A DNA stretch of 64,000 nucleotides, taken from assembly GCA_964348015.1 (NCBI GenBank), contig CAYGBC010000045.1, forward strand, positions 1,784 to 65,783, in the 5' to 3' direction. The stretch's first letter is position 1; each line of letters begins with the position of its first letter. Below, piece by piece: positions 62,815-64,000 of the stretch. Below the pieces are notes generated by a model, which saw only the letters and a list, made by a program, of their open reading frames with translations, did not search any database and was not told the DNA's origin. Both the position numbers and the translations under genes were made by a program. The stretch is from an uncultured Eubacteriales bacterium. GTDB taxonomy: Bacteria > Acidobacteriota > Aminicenantia > Aminicenantales > Aminicenantaceae.

Positions 62815-63654
62815 TTATTCTATCCAGATCTTGATGACTGTTCCTTCTTCTGGATTTTCTATCTCAATGATCCCCCCTTCTTCCATCAGAGTTTTTGTAA
62901 TCGTGTCCAGATCATACCCCTCCTTTCTCAGCTCCTCTTTTTCTTCCTCAGACATCGAGCCAAACACCACATCAGCCAGTGCCCAGGGGATGTTGATCTT
63001 CAGAGTCAACTTGCCGTTTTTCCAGACTCTTATTTTCAGCAGCAGCGCACGTCTCTCCGGCATTTCATCTTCCAGGTCCTTCAACGCGTCCGGGTTGATC
63101 CGGAGCAGGGCGATCTTGGCCCTGTCTCTGAGCTCATTGTCTTTTTCCTTCTTGACGATTTCTTCGAGGACAGGAACCGCCTGGGCCGCAATCTTCTTTT
63201 CCTCTACCTGGCTCAATCGAATGGCCGCAAAATATCGGACCACCCTGTTCGGACTGGAAAGCCTTTTTTCTATTTCTGATAGATAGGACCTTCTCCCCTT
63301 CTGGTAAAGCACGAAGGACAGATCGATGATTTCTGTCTCTGCATCTTCCGCCAGGCTCTTGCTCCGGTCTTTCCGCTCGAGGTAAGCCTGGTACGCTTCC
63401 AGAGCGTCCCGCTCCTTGCCCCTCTGTTCCTTCAGGCATTTGGCCCTGTAGAACACAGCCTGAGAAGTCCAGGGGCTGTCCGGATATTCATCGATGAGCT
63501 GCTCCAGTTTTTCCTGAGCCTTTATCCATTCCTTATCGAAGATCAGGATCTTGGCTTCCATGAAAAGCTCCTCATCCGGCTGGAAGCGCGCAAATGCTTG
63601 AAGGACAAAGGCCGCAAGAAGGAAAATCCCGATGTAGAGAACCGTTTTTTTCAT
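62815..63654 (-). CDS. Exported TPR + HEAT-like repeat protein with uncharacterised C-terminal domain
   Basis: Signal peptide MKKTVLYIGIFLLAAFVLQAFA. TPR-like region is AKILIFDKEWIKAQEKLEQLIDEYPDSPW...YRAKCL. HEAT-like region is VVRYFAAIRLSQVEE...ELRDRAKIALLRI. The C-terminus is IIEIENPEEGTVIKIWIE. Confidence 0.75.
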   Translation of the reverse strand: MKKTVLYIGIFLLAAFVLQAFARFQPDEELFMEAKILIFDKEWIKAQEKLEQLIDEYPDSPWTSQAVFYRAKCLKEQRGKERDALEAYQAYLERKDRSKSLAEDAETEIIDLSFVLYQKGRRSYLSEIEKRLSSPNRVVRYFAAIRLSQVEEKKIAAQAVPVLEEIVKKEKDNELRDRAKIALLRINPDALKDLEDEMPERRALLLKIRVWKNGKLTLKINIPWALADVVFGSMSEEEKEELRKEGYDLDTITKTLMEEGGIIEIENPEEGTVIKIWIE

Positions 63655-63655
63655 C

Positions 63656-64000
63656 TTACATCTCATCATATCTCTCCAACTCTTTCGTTAATAGATTTAT
63701 CTTCAATAAAATCTGTCTGTCTTCGATCATTCTCTGGAGTTTATTGACCTCTTCTGCAGAAAGATGGACGCTGATCTGCGTCAGCTCGAAAAAGAGGAAT
63801 TCAATCTGGTCGCATATCGCTTTCGCCTTGGCCAGCTGGAACTTGTCCAACTGCGGATTGATGTACTTTTTCTTGGCCAAAAGGTCCCTGGCCTGCTCGG
63901 CCGCATACTCACTCTGCCAGAAGTCCGCCGATTGTTCAGAAGGAGATTGCACAAAATCCAGGAGCAGGTACTGACTCCTCTCCAGATAGTCCAGCGTATC
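63656..64000 (-). CDS. Hypothetical protein, partial (5' end beyond window)
   Basis: The minus-strand frame stays open to the window edge (...DTLDYLERSQYLLLDFVQSPSEQ...). Its stop lies 1 nt before the start of 62815..63654. Helical, charged sequence with no family recognised. Confidence 0.5.
   Translation of the reverse strand, partial: DTLDYLERSQYLLLDFVQSPSEQSADFWQSEYAAEQARDLLAKKKYINPQLDKFQLAKAKAICDQIEFLFFELTQISVHLSAEEVNKLQRMIEDRQILLKINLLTKELERYDEM

Overview
Chromosomal window from a diderm bacterium; the lineage cannot be assigned from sequence alone. It is mostly core genes. The centre (16.7-32.4 kb, + strand) is a complete, tightly packed dcw cluster, mraZ-rsmH-ftsL-ftsI-murE-murF-mraY-murD-ftsW-murG-murC-ftsQ-ftsA-ftsZ. 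It has no murB or ddl. A near-consensus sigma70 promoter and a 10-bp-phased GGGAC triple repeat (candidate MraZ operator) precede it, and an imidazolonepropionase gene overlaps the ftsZ stop. The left arm encodes exported envelope proteins: two paralogous M28 peptidases, a CAP-domain protein, a Tat-signal alanine racemase, a cyclophilin, an M23 peptidase and an ECF sigma/anti-sigma operon. It also holds an alanine:cation symporter, a DUF3800 gene and an archaeal-type class V FBP aldolase/phosphatase. The right arm has a 9-kb minus-strand block that I rate most interesting. It contains SucC-like (with a C-terminal 2x[4Fe-4S] ferredoxin-like fusion), SucD-like and short citrate-synthase-like genes, which is the citryl-CoA synthetase/citryl-CoA lyase architecture, plus an HD protein. 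Two aconitase-family hydro-lyase pairs flanking an isocitrate/isopropylmalate-type dehydrogenase follow, then tsaB and rimI. After that come a two-component signalling island (2 kinases, 3 regulators, one kinase with 8 PAS modules), lepB, a GYD protein, a PEGA Ser/Thr kinase and a TonB-like protein. Non-genic structure: a ~90-nt palindromic intergenic element family in five gaps, a GGGGAC(A/T)GTCCCC palindrome family, two ~75-nt direct repeats with pseudoknot-compatible covariation, and an AT-rich gap with a transposase remnant beside an orphan Ala/Tyr-rich secreted protein. No rRNA, tRNA or CRISPR was recognised. CDS ends come from the ORF track, with starts sometimes moved by whole codons. 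Hand-indexed non-coding coordinates may be off by 1-2 nt.
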